Positions 9,186 to 19,024 of a DNA stretch of 64,000 nucleotides are shown piece after piece (the first letter of the stretch is position 1; each line of letters opens with the position of its first letter). The stretch spans positions 92,028 to 156,027 of the forward strand of contig DAOUIZ010000023.1 in assembly GCA_034423195.1 (NCBI GenBank). Reading direction: 5' to 3'. The notes under the pieces are model-generated. The model was not told the origin of the DNA. It saw only the letters and a list, made by a program, of their open reading frames with translations, and ran no database searches. Source of the stretch: Dehalococcoidia bacterium (lineage in GTDB: Bacteria > Chloroflexota > Dehalococcoidia > Lucifugimonadales > UBA3495). Position numbers and translations under genes: made by a program.

Positions 9186-10616
9186 CTAGGGGGTCAGGGG
9201 GTGGCCGATGAAGGCCCAGTAGGGGAGGACGAGGAGGAAGAGGACGGCAATGGCGACGACGGTCATGACGATGCCGAAGCGCATGATCTCGGGGTTGCCG
9301 ATGTTGGCGCGGGTGTAAACGAACACGGCCGAGGTCCCGCCGGCCCCGTAGTAGACCACCGAGTCTCCGACGACGACCGCTGCCAACCCGCATACCAGGG
9401 GGTCCAGTCCCAGGGACTCGCCGGTGGCCACCGCGACGGGGATGACCAGGGCCAGGTAGCCGGCGATGTTGGGAACCAGCATCCGAACGACGGCGAAACA
9501 AACGCAGAGGGTCAGGAGCATGAGCGGAGGGCTGGTGAGGATGGGGGAGACGCTTTCGACGAGGGCGGCGGAGAACCAGGCTGCGCCTCCGGTGGTCACG
9601 AAGGCGTTGGCCAGGCACAGGGATGTGGCGATGACGAAGAAGTTGGTCCACCCCACGTTCTGCTCGAACTCGCGCCAGCTGAGGATGCCTACCCGGGGGA
9701 GCAGGATGACGGTGAGGGCGATCAGGGCCGGTACGGCGGGATGGAGTCCGTGGGCGAAGTCGGTGAACCAGAGGAGGGCGGTGACCAGCACGATGACGCC
9801 GGCACGGAACTCGACCGGGCTGACGGGGCCGGTGGAGAGCTGGGCGGCGCCTCCGGTGTCCAGCCGGAAACCGGAGCGGTAGAAAACATAAAGGACGATG
9901 CCTCCGACGATGAGGTTGGCGTAGAAGGGGACGCTCATGAGGATGAACCACTGGGTCCAGGAGAAGTCTCCCAGCAAGCCGGAAGCGACGACCGGCGTGA
10001 TGCCTCCGGCGAGCAGGGCGGTGGAGCCGAGGCGGTTGAGGCTGCCCATGGCCAGCATGATGGCCTTGTGGTAGCGGTGTTCCTGGGGAATGTTCCAGTG
10101 GGACAGCACGCGCTCATAGACATGGACCATGATGGCCCCGCGGGTGCTGGCGGAGGGCAGGGCGAAGGTTAGCAGGGCGAAGGAAAGGAGCATCTGGACG
10201 TACAGGAGGCGGGGGCTTCCGGCAGCGCCCCGGATGAGAAAGGTCGCCATTCTCTCGGCCAGTCCTGAGGACTGGACGGCGAGTCCCAGGGTGAGAATTC
10301 CCACGAGGAAGTAGGCAACCGGATGGGAGAAGCCATAGAGAGCCTCCCCCAGTCCTCCAACGGCGCCAACGAGGACGAGAAGAATGACGCCCATGATTCC
10401 CGCGACGGGAACGGGGATGGCTTCGGTGGCCCAGAGAAGGACGGCGAAGACCATGACAGCCAGGGCGCGCTGTCCCTGAACGGTCAGTCCCTCGGGGGTG
10501 GGGATGAGAAGGATGACGGCGAACGCGGCGACGGCGACGGCGATTTTGCCCGCCGCAAGTGGGTTGGCGATGAGCCGCTGGAGGGTAGAAGTGTCGGAAG
10601 CGGTTTCGGTGGTCAT
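9186..10616 (-). CDS. DASS/SLC13-type (ArsB/NhaD superfamily) anion permease
   Basis: 476 aa polytopic membrane protein with AVMVFAVLLWATEAIPVPVAGIMG-type motifs. Start trimmed to ATG 10616 (MTTETASD...) because the longer ORF overlaps argF and is not membrane-like. Confidence 0.7.
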   Translation of the reverse strand: MTTETASDTSTLQRLIANPLAAGKIAVAVAAFAVILLIPTPEGLTVQGQRALAVMVFAVLLWATEAIPVPVAGIMGVILLVLVGAVGGLGEALYGFSHPVAYFLVGILTLGLAVQSSGLAERMATFLIRGAAGSPRLLYVQMLLSFALLTFALPSASTRGAIMVHVYERVLSHWNIPQEHRYHKAIMLAMGSLNRLGSTALLAGGITPVVASGLLGDFSWTQWFILMSVPFYANLIVGGIVLYVFYRSGFRLDTGGAAQLSTGPVSPVEFRAGVIVLVTALLWFTDFAHGLHPAVPALIALTVILLPRVGILSWREFEQNVGWTNFFVIATSLCLANAFVTTGGAAWFSAALVESVSPILTSPPLMLLTLCVCFAVVRMLVPNIAGYLALVIPVAVATGESLGLDPLVCGLAAVVVGDSVVYYGAGGTSAVFVYTRANIGNPEIMRFGIVMTVVAIAVLFLLVLPYWAFIGHPLTP

Positions 10617-10860
10617 GTCGGCGTAGTGCGACGGGTCGATAGAAATGGGCAGGGAGGTCTCCCCTTTCCATTTGGGTACGTTGACCAGCTTGGATACGTT
10701 GACCCGCGAGGGATGGGGGATTATAGCACGATGCAGCGGAGGTGGAGGCGGGTGCGATTGAAGGGAGCCGGGGCAGGCCGGGCGGGAAAAGGGCCGCCGG
10801 GTCTCCTTGAATTGGGCCGGAGTTTTCATATATGATTCATCCCTTGGAGGCCTGCCCCTG

Positions 10861-11787
10861 ATGACCGCAATCAGCGCCAAAAGAGACGTTCTTTCCGTCA
10901 GTGACCTGACTCCCGCCGAGATGCGGGGAGTGGTGGAGCGGGCGGTGGTGATGAAGCACGAGGCGGCGGGACAACCGCTGCGGGGGATGAGGTTCGCGCT
11001 GCTGTTCGAGAAGCCGTCGCTGCGGACCAAGGTGAGCTTCCAGATCGGCATCGAGGAACTGGGCGGGTATTCGACCTACATGGGTCCTGACGAGGTGGGG
11101 CTGGGGACGCGGGAGCCGGTTTCGGATGTGGCGCGAGTCCTTTCCGGGTACGTGGACGGCATCATAGCCCGGGTGTTTTCCCATGAGGCATTGAAGGAAC
11201 TGGGCGAGTATGCCAGCGTTCCGGTGATAAACGCCCTGTCGGACTGGGAGCATCCCTGCCAGACTATGGCGGACCTGCTGACGATCCGGGAACGGTTCGG
11301 CCCTCTGTCAGGCCAGAAGCTGGCGTTCATCGGGGATGGGAACAACGTCGCGCGGAGCCTGTGCCTGGGGCTGCCGCCGCTGGGGGTGAGCTTCGCGATT
11401 GCTTCTCCCAGTGGGTACGAGCTGGACGGGGAAACGGTAAACGCCGCCCGCGCGTCGGCCGCGAACGGGGCGGACGTGGCGATGGTTACCGCTCCGGCGG
11501 AAGCGGTACGGAACGCCGACGTGGTGTACACCGACGTATGGACCAGCATGGGGGACGAAGCGGAGGCAAAGGCACGGCAGGCGGCCTTCCAGGGATACAC
11601 GGTGGATGAGGCGCTGCTGTCCAAGGCCAAGGCCGACGCGGTGTTCATGCACGATATGCCGGCCCACTACGGCGAAGAGGTGGCGGAGGGGATGCTGGAG
11701 CATCCGCAATCCCTGGCATACCGGCAGGCCCACAACCGGCTCCACGCGCAGAAGGCACTGCTGGAGTTCATTTTCGGGAACGGGTAG
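10861..11787 (+). CDS. argF: ornithine carbamoyltransferase
   Basis: SLRTKVSF carbamoyl-phosphate motif plus HPCQ and DVWTSMG motifs. Start set at ATG 10861 (MTAISAKRD...). Confidence 0.92.
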   Translation: MTAISAKRDVLSVSDLTPAEMRGVVERAVVMKHEAAGQPLRGMRFALLFEKPSLRTKVSFQIGIEELGGYSTYMGPDEVGLGTREPVSDVARVLSGYVDGIIARVFSHEALKELGEYASVPVINALSDWEHPCQTMADLLTIRERFGPLSGQKLAFIGDGNNVARSLCLGLPPLGVSFAIASPSGYELDGETVNAARASAANGADVAMVTAPAEAVRNADVVYTDVWTSMGDEAEAKARQAAFQGYTVDEALLSKAKADAVFMHDMPAHYGEEVAEGMLEHPQSLAYRQAHNRLHAQKALLEFIFGNG

Positions 11788-11913
11788 CGGCGGCCTTGGG
11801 CCTATTTTAAGGGGAGCCCCATACATCCGCCGGGGTTGGCGGGAAGCAGTCACGGGGGGTCTGGATTCCCGCCTGCGCGGGAATGACGGGAAGGGAATTT
11901 CGGGAAGGCGGTT

Positions 11914-13359
11914 TTGATTATGATACAGCAGAGTCCTGCAACGCCTTCCGAAGGCATCAACGCGGAAGGCATTTACGCAAACGCGGCAGAGGGCAACAGC
12001 ACCCGCGATCTTCCCATGGTGGCGATTGTGGGGCGGCCCAACGTGGGGAAGTCGTCGCTGTTCAACCGCATCCTGCACCGGCGGCACGCGATTGTTTCCG
12101 ACGTGGCCGGGACGACGCGGGACCGGCTCATCTCCGAGGTGACCTGGGACGGGGTCAGCTTCATCCTGGTGGACACCGGAGGGCTGGAGTCGGACCCGGA
12201 AGGGCATATCCGGGAGATGGTGCAGGAGCAGGCGGACATGGCCATGTCCAGCGCCGAGGTAATCCTGTTCCTGACCGACGCGGTGGAGGGACTGACCCCG
12301 CCGGACCAGGTGATCGCGGAAAGGCTGAGGCGGTCGACGAAGCCGGTGATCCTGGTGGTGAACAAGGTGGACAACGACCGCCGGGAGCTGGGGGCCGCCG
12401 AATTCTACGGGCTGGGAATGGCGGACACCCATTTCACCAGCGCGTACCACAATCACGGCATCTACGACCTGATGGACAAGGTGCTGCTGCGGCTGCCCGC
12501 GCCGAACCTTCCTCCGCCATCGCCGGACGGGGAGGAGGAGGCTCCGCCGGAAGCGCCGGCGAAGCTGAAGCTGTCCATCGTGGGGCGCACCAACGTGGGC
12601 AAGTCGATGCTGGTGAACACCCTGCTGGGCGACGACCGTTCCATTGTTAGCCCGGTGGCCGGGACTACCCGGGACGCGCTGGACACGGACTTTTCCTACC
12701 GGGGGCAGGAAATGACGGCCATCGACACGGCGGGCATCCGGCGGCCGGGGCGGGTGGAACGGGGCATCGAGAAGTACAGCGTACTGCGGGCGGTGAACGC
12801 GGTGGAACGCAGCGACATCACCCTCCTGGTGACGGACGCGACGGAGCTGGCCACGGCCCAGGACGCCCATATAGGGGGGCTGGCGTGGGACATGTGCCGG
12901 GGGCTAATCATAGTGGTGAACAAGTGGGACCTGATCCCGGAGACCGACCGCTACGCCAAGCGGCGGGCGGTGGCGCGGGTGCAGGACACCTTCCACTTCA
13001 TGCCCTACGTTCCAATCGCCTTCATATCGGCGCTGCACGGCCAGGGGATTGACGGTTTGATGCGGACGGCGCTGGACCTGTGGCAGGAACGGCTGCGGTG
13101 GGCCCCGACCCGAGAACTGCAGTACCTCCTGGCGGAGGCGCTGGTGGACCACAATCCTCCCAGCGTCAAGCGCCACCGGAGCCAACGGCTGCGGATAACC
13201 CGGCTGCGGCAGGTTGCGTGCAATCCGCCGACGTTCGTCTTCACGGTGAATGATCCGAAGCTGGTGCATTTTTCGTACAAGCGTTACCTGGAAAACAGGA
13301 TCAGGGATACTTTCGATTTCAGCCACACCCACCTGAGGTTGCTGTTCCGACCGGGATGA
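11914..13359 (+). CDS. der: ribosome-associated GTPase Der/EngA
   Basis: Two tandem G domains (GRPNVGKSS and GRTNVGKSM) and a KH-like C-terminus. Start is uncertain among 11914, 11920 and ATG 12016 (MVAIVGRPNVGKS). Confidence 0.9.
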   Translation: MIMIQQSPATPSEGINAEGIYANAAEGNSTRDLPMVAIVGRPNVGKSSLFNRILHRRHAIVSDVAGTTRDRLISEVTWDGVSFILVDTGGLESDPEGHIREMVQEQADMAMSSAEVILFLTDAVEGLTPPDQVIAERLRRSTKPVILVVNKVDNDRRELGAAEFYGLGMADTHFTSAYHNHGIYDLMDKVLLRLPAPNLPPPSPDGEEEAPPEAPAKLKLSIVGRTNVGKSMLVNTLLGDDRSIVSPVAGTTRDALDTDFSYRGQEMTAIDTAGIRRPGRVERGIEKYSVLRAVNAVERSDITLLVTDATELATAQDAHIGGLAWDMCRGLIIVVNKWDLIPETDRYAKRRAVARVQDTFHFMPYVPIAFISALHGQGIDGLMRTALDLWQERLRWAPTRELQYLLAEALVDHNPPSVKRHRSQRLRITRLRQVACNPPTFVFTVNDPKLVHFSYKRYLENRIRDTFDFSHTHLRLLFRPG

Positions 13360-14075
13360 AGGGACCAATGAACCCGCTGGTGTTCTGCCTGACGGTATTG
13401 CCGCTGCTAATCGCAGGGTCGGCGGCGGTTTACTGGGGCTTGGGAGACGCTCCGGCGGGCTACCGCTACGCGGCCGTCCTGACGCTGGCTTATCTGATTG
13501 GCTCGCTCCCGTGGGGATACCTGCTGCTGAACTGGACCCGTGGGGAGGATGTCCGGGACTACGGCAGCGGGCGCACGGGAATGACCAACGTGCTGCGGAC
13601 GGGCGGCGGGAAGATGGCGGCGGTGGTGCTGCTCCTGGACCTGGGCAAGGGGGTGGCGGTGGTGCTGCTGGCCCGGGCGGTGCTGTCCGACACGCTGGGC
13701 GAGGTTGGAGCCGGTCTGCTGGCCCTGGCTGGGCACAACTGGCCGGTGTTCCTGGGGTTCCGGGGAGGGCGGGGCGTGGCGGTGGGCCTGGGCGGACTAT
13801 CCATCATGGCGCCGTTCGCCGCAGTGATGGGGACGATAGTCTTCCTGCCAGTGGCGCTGCTGAGCCGCTACCTTTCCCTGGGGTCGATTACCGGAGTGGT
13901 CATTGCGATCTGCTCGTTGCTGGGGCTTTCCCTGGTGGGAATCTACCCGTTCACCTACACCTGGTACGGTCTGATTGGCGGGGCCGTGATTATCTGGCAG
14001 CACCGGGACAACATCCAGCGGCTGATCCAGGGGACCGAGCGCCGGCTGGGCGCACCGGCGACGAGGGTCAACTAG
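13356..14075 (+). CDS. plsY: glycerol-3-phosphate acyltransferase PlsY
   Basis: GSGRTGMTNV and GHNWPVFLGFRGGRGVA motifs. Has a 4-nt ATGA overlap with the der stop codon. Confidence 0.92.
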   Translation: MKGPMNPLVFCLTVLPLLIAGSAAVYWGLGDAPAGYRYAAVLTLAYLIGSLPWGYLLLNWTRGEDVRDYGSGRTGMTNVLRTGGGKMAAVVLLLDLGKGVAVVLLARAVLSDTLGEVGAGLLALAGHNWPVFLGFRGGRGVAVGLGGLSIMAPFAAVMGTIVFLPVALLSRYLSLGSITGVVIAICSLLGLSLVGIYPFTYTWYGLIGGAVIIWQHRDNIQRLIQGTERRLGAPATRVN

Positions 14076-14164
14076 ACGTTGGCACGCCGTCGATTCGGAA
14101 ACTCCCCCGGGGAGAAGGCACGTCCGCGTCTTCGGGCAAGCCACGGCAGCCTGCGGGGGATCCG

Positions 14165-15169
14165 GTGAAGGACGAGGTCGCCATCGTCGGGTCGACGACC
14201 TTCGGCACCACGCTGGGAATAGTCCTGGCGCGGGCCGGGCATCCGGCGACCATCATCACCCGCACCCGGAAAGAAGCAGAGGAACTGAACCGGCGCCGCT
14301 CCCACAAGCGGTTCCTGCCGGACATACCGTTTCCCGACGGCCTCACGGTTTCCGCCGATGCGAAGGCGGCCATCGCTCCGGCCGGGCTGGTGATCATCGC
14401 AGTGCCGTCGGACAGGATGCGGGAAAACCTGCGGGCCATCAAGGGCTGTGTCGCTCCGAACATGGCATTGCTCTGCGTGGCCAAGGGACTGGAGACTCCC
14501 GGGAGCCGGCGGATGAGCGAGGTCATGGGAGAGGAGCTGGCTCCCGAGGTACACCACCGGATCTGCGTCCTGTCGGGGCCTAACCTGGCGAAGGAAATTG
14601 TCCAGGGAATGGCGGCCTCCACGGTGATTGCGGGGAGGGACCCGGAAACGCTGGCCGAAGTGCAGGAAATGATGATGTCCGACAGCTTCCGGGTCTACAC
14701 CAGCGACGACCTGGTGGGAGTGGAACTGGGGGGAGCGCTGAAGAACATCATCGCGCTGGGGGCGGGTTTCGCCGACGGACTGGGGCTGGGGGACAACGCC
14801 AAGGCGTCGCTAATCACGCGGGGGCTGGCAGAGATATTGAGGCTGGCGGTGGCAGCGGGGGCGCAGCCGCTGACGCTGGCGGGGCTGGCCGGCCTGGGGG
14901 ATGTGATAGCCACCTGCTCCAGCCGGTTGAGCCGGAACCGGTACGTGGGAGAGGAACTGGCGCGGGGCAAGACGTGGCCGGAGATCCGGGCGTCGATGGA
15001 CAACGTGGCGGAGGGGGTCAACACGACGATTGCCGCTCTTTCACTGGCGCGCAAGCTGAACGTGGAGATGCCCATCGCGGAGGTCACCCACCGGGTGCTG
15101 TTCGAGGACCTGCCGCCCCGGGAGGCCATTACGCGGCTGATGAGCCGTCCGCCAAGGCCGGAGTGGTGA
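14165..15169 (+). CDS. gpsA: NAD(P)H-dependent glycerol-3-phosphate dehydrogenase
   Basis: VAIVGSTTFGTTLG Rossmann loop and GALKNIIALGAG motif. Start trimmed to GTG 14165, downstream of the plsY stop; the longer listed ORF overlaps plsY out of frame. Confidence 0.88.
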   Translation: MKDEVAIVGSTTFGTTLGIVLARAGHPATIITRTRKEAEELNRRRSHKRFLPDIPFPDGLTVSADAKAAIAPAGLVIIAVPSDRMRENLRAIKGCVAPNMALLCVAKGLETPGSRRMSEVMGEELAPEVHHRICVLSGPNLAKEIVQGMAASTVIAGRDPETLAEVQEMMMSDSFRVYTSDDLVGVELGGALKNIIALGAGFADGLGLGDNAKASLITRGLAEILRLAVAAGAQPLTLAGLAGLGDVIATCSSRLSRNRYVGEELARGKTWPEIRASMDNVAEGVNTTIAALSLARKLNVEMPIAEVTHRVLFEDLPPREAITRLMSRPPRPEW

Positions 15170-15174
15170 CAAGC

Positions 15175-15582
15175 CTAGCGAAGGCAGCCTTCTTCCAACC
15201 CTTCAACAGCTTCGAGGAGCCAGCGGGCCAGGACCAGCCGGTGGCAGGGCTCGCCGCACGGCTCGAAGCAGAGCAGGGTGAAGTCTCCCAACCCAGGTAT
15301 TGATTCCAGCCAGGCTCGAAGCTGGGCAGGGGCGGGATCGTTCGTTCCGGCGACGATGCCATAGCTGCTGGCGTAGCGAAGCTCCAGCCCGGCGCGGTAT
15401 TCCCGGCTGAACTGGTCGAAGGTCAAGGAGCCCTTCCGGTAGGCGTCCAGGTGATGCCGTTCTGGGTAGAGGAAGGGGAGAGTCTCCCACTGGACGCGGC
15501 GTCCGCGGGGGTGCTGGCGGGACACGCGGTAGGGCTGGCCGGTCCAGTGGTCCGGGGCGTAGAAGCTGGCGGTGTGGAGCAT
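15175..15582 (-). CDS. DUF488 family protein
   Basis: 135 aa with the LLCFE-x-x-x-x-x-CHR signature that I associate with DUF488. Confidence 0.6.
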   Translation of the reverse strand: MLHTASFYAPDHWTGQPYRVSRQHPRGRRVQWETLPFLYPERHHLDAYRKGSLTFDQFSREYRAGLELRYASSYGIVAGTNDPAPAQLRAWLESIPGLGDFTLLCFEPCGEPCHRLVLARWLLEAVEGLEEGCLR

Positions 15583-15635
15583 GGGGGTGGTGGTTGCCAG
15601 TTCTATTATCGTCGCCTTCCGAACTCAACACCGGA

Positions 15636-16535
15636 CTAGCGGACTTCGCGGGGGAGGGTGAAGGAGACGTCCTCGTCGGCGGTGGAGACGTGGGTGACAT
15701 TGTCGGGCCGGAGGGATTCGATGACGCTGTCGACCAGGACTTCCGGGGTGGATGCGCCGGAGGTTATTCCGACTTTGGCTACGCCTTCCAGCCAGGCGGG
15801 GTCGATTTCGCCGGGGCTGTTGACGAGGTAGGCGGGAACGCCCTGGGCCTCGGCGACCTCGCGGAGGCGGTTGCAGTTGGAGCTGTTGTCGGCGCCGATG
15901 ACCAGGACCAGGTCGACCATTGCGGCGATGCGGGTGACGGCGACCTGGCGGTTGGTGGTGGCGTAGCAGATGTCGTTGCGGACGGTGGCGCCGGGGAAGC
16001 GTTCGGTGATGGCGCCGATGACGCCCTGGGTGTCTCCGACGGAGAGGGTGGTCTGGGTGAGGACGGCGACGTCAGCGCCGTCGGCAAAGCCGGGAATCTC
16101 GCTGCCGGCGGCATCATCAATGAGGGTCATGGGGACCTGTCCCATGGTGCCCCGCACTTCCTGGTGTCCCGAGTGTCCCACGAGGAGCACCTGCTTGCCC
16201 TCGCGGTGGTACTTCTTGGCCTCGTTGTGGACCCGGGTCACGAGGGGGCAGACGGCATCGATGACCCGCAGTCCGCGCTGTTCGGCCTTCTCGAAGTCCT
16301 CGGGGGGCGAGCCGTGGGCGGAGAAGACTACCAGGGATCCTGGGGGGACTTCCTCGACTTCCTCGACGGTAACAGCGCCCTTGCTTTCCAACTCGGCGAC
16401 GACGTAAGGGTTGTGGACAATCTGGTGCTTGACGTAGACCGGGGGGCCGAATTTCTGGAGGCAAAGCTCGACGACGTCGATGGCGCGGACTACTCCGGCG
16501 CAAAATCCGCGAGGGGAGCTGAGGACTACTTCCAC
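15636..16535 (-). CDS. ispH: 4-hydroxy-3-methylbut-2-enyl diphosphate reductase
   Basis: 299 aa. SPRGFCAGV first-Cys motif and full-length LytB/IspH pattern. Confidence 0.93.
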   Translation of the reverse strand: MEVVLSSPRGFCAGVVRAIDVVELCLQKFGPPVYVKHQIVHNPYVVAELESKGAVTVEEVEEVPPGSLVVFSAHGSPPEDFEKAEQRGLRVIDAVCPLVTRVHNEAKKYHREGKQVLLVGHSGHQEVRGTMGQVPMTLIDDAAGSEIPGFADGADVAVLTQTTLSVGDTQGVIGAITERFPGATVRNDICYATTNRQVAVTRIAAMVDLVLVIGADNSSNCNRLREVAEAQGVPAYLVNSPGEIDPAWLEGVAKVGITSGASTPEVLVDSVIESLRPDNVTHVSTADEDVSFTLPREVR

Positions 16536-16594
16536 GGGAGCACCTCCTGGGCCGCTCTGAAAAGGCTGTTGCGTAACAGGCGGCTGGTCATGGT

Positions 16595-16870
16595 TTAGGC
16601 TTCACCGGCGACCGGTTTGGATTTACCGTACTTCGCGAGAATGGCATCCACGAAGGGCTTAAGCACCACCTCGGCACCGTTGATCATTATGCCGACGACT
16701 TCGTTGTCGTTTTCGGACTTATAGAAGACAGTGATGCCTTGTGCGATTTCTTGCCCTTCGATGACCGGGGCGCCCGTCTTGATGAAAATAGTGCCGGCAG
16801 CTGGTGCATAGGACACAATGGGAGCAGGCAAAGCTTCCCAATTAGGCTGGGTCTTGGCTAACTCTGCCAT
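16595..16870 (-). CDS. DUF2283-like small protein (putative antitoxin)
   Basis: 91 aa and beta-rich (TIFIKTG...ITVFYKSENDNEVVGIMI). Overlaps the upstream DUF4258-like gene by 13 nt. Confidence 0.45.
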   Translation of the reverse strand: MAELAKTQPNWEALPAPIVSYAPAAGTIFIKTGAPVIEGQEIAQGITVFYKSENDNEVVGIMINGAEVVLKPFVDAILAKYGKSKPVAGEA

Positions 16871-17199
16871 GGCCTTCCTCCGTATTTCTGTTGGAGTCTC
16901 CGGTCCACGTAAGCGGTCAGCAACTCCCGAAAACCGTCTTCACGCTCCACAAACACAACCCTGATCCATTGTTGGCATTGTTCCACTCGCCCAGCAAGCA
17001 ACTTAAACGTCACCCCGTCAAGGGCAACCTCATCCCATTCATCATACGGGTCGTTGACAACTCGCATAATCCATTCCGGGCGCAGATCGGAATGCCTGGT
17101 CGGGACTTCCTCGCCGTGACGGGATACCTTAGGCAGGTTGTCGTATTCCCACCGGAGACGCCGGTCATCATTCGCTCCGCTTCCGCCGGCCGACACCAA
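16858..17199 (-). CDS. DUF4258-like small protein (putative toxin)
   Basis: 113 aa. The size, its position upstream of a DUF2283-like partner and the overlap fit the DUF4258/DUF2283 pairing. Motif-level support is weak. Confidence 0.4.
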   Translation of the reverse strand: MVSAGGSGANDDRRLRWEYDNLPKVSRHGEEVPTRHSDLRPEWIMRVVNDPYDEWDEVALDGVTFKLLAGRVEQCQQWIRVVFVEREDGFRELLTAYVDRRLQQKYGGRPWQS

Positions 17200-17212
17200 C
17201 TAGAAACTAACC

Positions 17213-18391
17213 TTAGGCCGTGTCCTTGATCAGGTCGAGGTACTTGTAGCCGGAGCCGGTGTTGAGCAGGACGATGGTTTCGTCGGGCTGGAGGAAGCCC
17301 TGTTCCAAGAGGCGCTTCAGGCCGACGAGGGTGGCGGCGCCTTCGGGGCAGGCAATGATGCCCTCGGTGGCGGCCAGCTCGTACATGGCGTCCACCATTT
17401 CCTCGTCCTCGACGGCCAGGGCGGTGCCCCCGGTATCGCGGATGGCCTGGAGGATGAGGTAGTCGGCGAAAGGACCGGGAACGCGAAGTCCGTCGGCGAT
17501 GGTGGCGGCGTTGGGCCAGGGTTCGGCGGTGTCCTTGCCTTCGTTGAAGGCCTTGACGATGGGCTGGCAGCCGGAGGCCTGGACGGCGATGAACTTGGGC
17601 GGCTTGCCCTCGATCCAGCCAAGCTCTAGCAATTCCTGGAATCCCTTGTACATACCGATGATGCCGGTGCCGCCGCCGGTGGGGTAGACGATGGCGTCGG
17701 GCATTTTCCAGCCCAGCTGCATGGCAATCTCAAGGCCCATGGTCTTCTTGCCCTCGGCGCGGTAGGGCTCCTTGAGGGTGGAGAGGTCGAAGAGGTCCTG
17801 CTCCTCGGCCACGGCCACGGCGATGCGGCCGGCGTCGCTGATGAGGCCGTCCACCAGGTTGAGCTCGGAGCCGGACATGACCGACTCCTTCTTGTTGGCG
17901 GAGGGGGCGTCCTGGGGCATGAAGACCTTGACGGGAAGGTTGGCCCGCGCTCCGTAGGCGGCAGCGGCCCCGGCGGCGTTGCCCGCTGACGGCATGGTGA
18001 ATCCGGTGACGCCCAGTTCGTAGGCCTTGGAGACGGCGGCGGAGATGCCCCGGGCCTTGAAGGTGCCGGTGGGGTTGAGGCCTTCCTCCTTGACGTAGAG
18101 GTGTCGGAGGCCAAGGTTGGCGGCCAGCTGGCGGGTTTCGAGGAGGGGGGTCCCGCCTTCGCCGAGGGTGAGGATGCTGGACTCGTCTCCGACGGGCATC
18201 AGCTCGGTGAAACGCCACATGGAGGATACGCGGTCCTGCCATGCGCTCCGGTCGACTTCGCGGCGCATCCGGTCGAGGTCGTAGCGGGCGAAGAGGACCT
18301 TGTTGCAGCACTCGCTGGTCTTGCTCAGGCGGTCGTGGGGATAGGTCTGGCCGCACTGGGTACATTCAAGACGGTCGATGTAAGAAAACAT
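17213..18391 (-). CDS. thrC: threonine synthase
   Basis: 392 aa. N-terminal Cys-rich segment (CTQCG...CC), PLP-lysine motif TGTFKARG, and the SAGNAAGAAAAY and GGGTGIIG loops. Confidence 0.9.
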   Translation of the reverse strand: MFSYIDRLECTQCGQTYPHDRLSKTSECCNKVLFARYDLDRMRREVDRSAWQDRVSSMWRFTELMPVGDESSILTLGEGGTPLLETRQLAANLGLRHLYVKEEGLNPTGTFKARGISAAVSKAYELGVTGFTMPSAGNAAGAAAAYGARANLPVKVFMPQDAPSANKKESVMSGSELNLVDGLISDAGRIAVAVAEEQDLFDLSTLKEPYRAEGKKTMGLEIAMQLGWKMPDAIVYPTGGGTGIIGMYKGFQELLELGWIEGKPPKFIAVQASGCQPIVKAFNEGKDTAEPWPNAATIADGLRVPGPFADYLILQAIRDTGGTALAVEDEEMVDAMYELAATEGIIACPEGAATLVGLKRLLEQGFLQPDETIVLLNTGSGYKYLDLIKDTA

Positions 18392-18611
18392 GGGGCCTTC
18401 CGTGAAGCAGGTTAGGGTCGGGCTGATGAAATTGCCCGTCTATGATACCGCAAATCAGGGTGATTAGGGCCGGATGGATACAGTCCGGGCAGGCTGACGT
18501 TAGAAGGGGATTCCAGCGGCAGCGGACTACTCAAGCAAAGTTTTCCGGCTGGGGTTCGGCCATTTGGTATCATGGGGCGGCATTTTGAGTCAGAGGGACA
18601 GGGGAGGGCAG

Positions 18612-18980
18612 ATGGCGAGCGCCAAGATCGAACCCGGGCTGAAGGGAGAGCGGAAGACCCTGGTCTGCGAGCACAACGTGGCCGGGCACGTGGACAAGTT
18701 CAGCACTCCGTCAATGATCAGCCTGATGGAGCGGGCGGCGATTGTCGCGGTGGAAGACTGCCTGGAGGAGGGGGAGACCTCGGTGGGGTTCGAGGTCAAC
18801 GTCCGGCACGTTGCTCCGGCGGATATCGGGGACACCATTACGGCCCACGCGGAGCTGACGGAGATAGACCGGAACAGGTTGACGTTCACGGTGACGGCGG
18901 TGCGGGGGGACGAGACGGTCATCGGCAGCGGAACGCACCGGCGGGCGATTATCAGGCGGCCGGGCCAGGCAGCCGGTTGA
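18612..18980 (+). CDS. hotdog-fold thioesterase (FlK-like)
   Basis: 122 aa. Pattern FSTPSMISLMERAA...VGFEVNVRHVAP...LTFTV is typical of small thioesterase-superfamily proteins. Start at ATG 18612 after GGGGAGGG. Confidence 0.65.
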   Translation: MASAKIEPGLKGERKTLVCEHNVAGHVDKFSTPSMISLMERAAIVAVEDCLEEGETSVGFEVNVRHVAPADIGDTITAHAELTEIDRNRLTFTVTAVRGDETVIGSGTHRRAIIRRPGQAAG

Positions 18981-19024
18981 CCAGCCACGCCCCCCGCTTC
19001 CGGCCGTCCGCGCTGAGCCGGAAA

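Noticed and set aside
10617-11051. Upstream extension of the permease ORF (621 aa as listed)
   Set aside because: The extension is non-membrane, Arg/Pro-rich and overlaps argF. The membrane protein starts sensibly at MTTETASD (ATG 10616).
11308-12870. 520-aa minus-strand ORF
   Set aside because: It is antisense to argF and der, the sequence is Arg/Pro/His-rich nonsense and it has no recognisable motifs. The same reasoning rejects other long shadow ORFs: 811..1632, 1691..2299, 9171..10172, 15594..16598, 33656..34801, 42539..43597, 44003..44875, 44940..45944, 52445..53707 and 54053..55156.
13511-14164. N-terminal 218 codons of the listed 552-aa gpsA ORF
   Set aside because: This part overlaps plsY out of frame and is Gly/Arg/Pro-rich. 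GpsA homology begins at the Rossmann loop just after GTG 14165.
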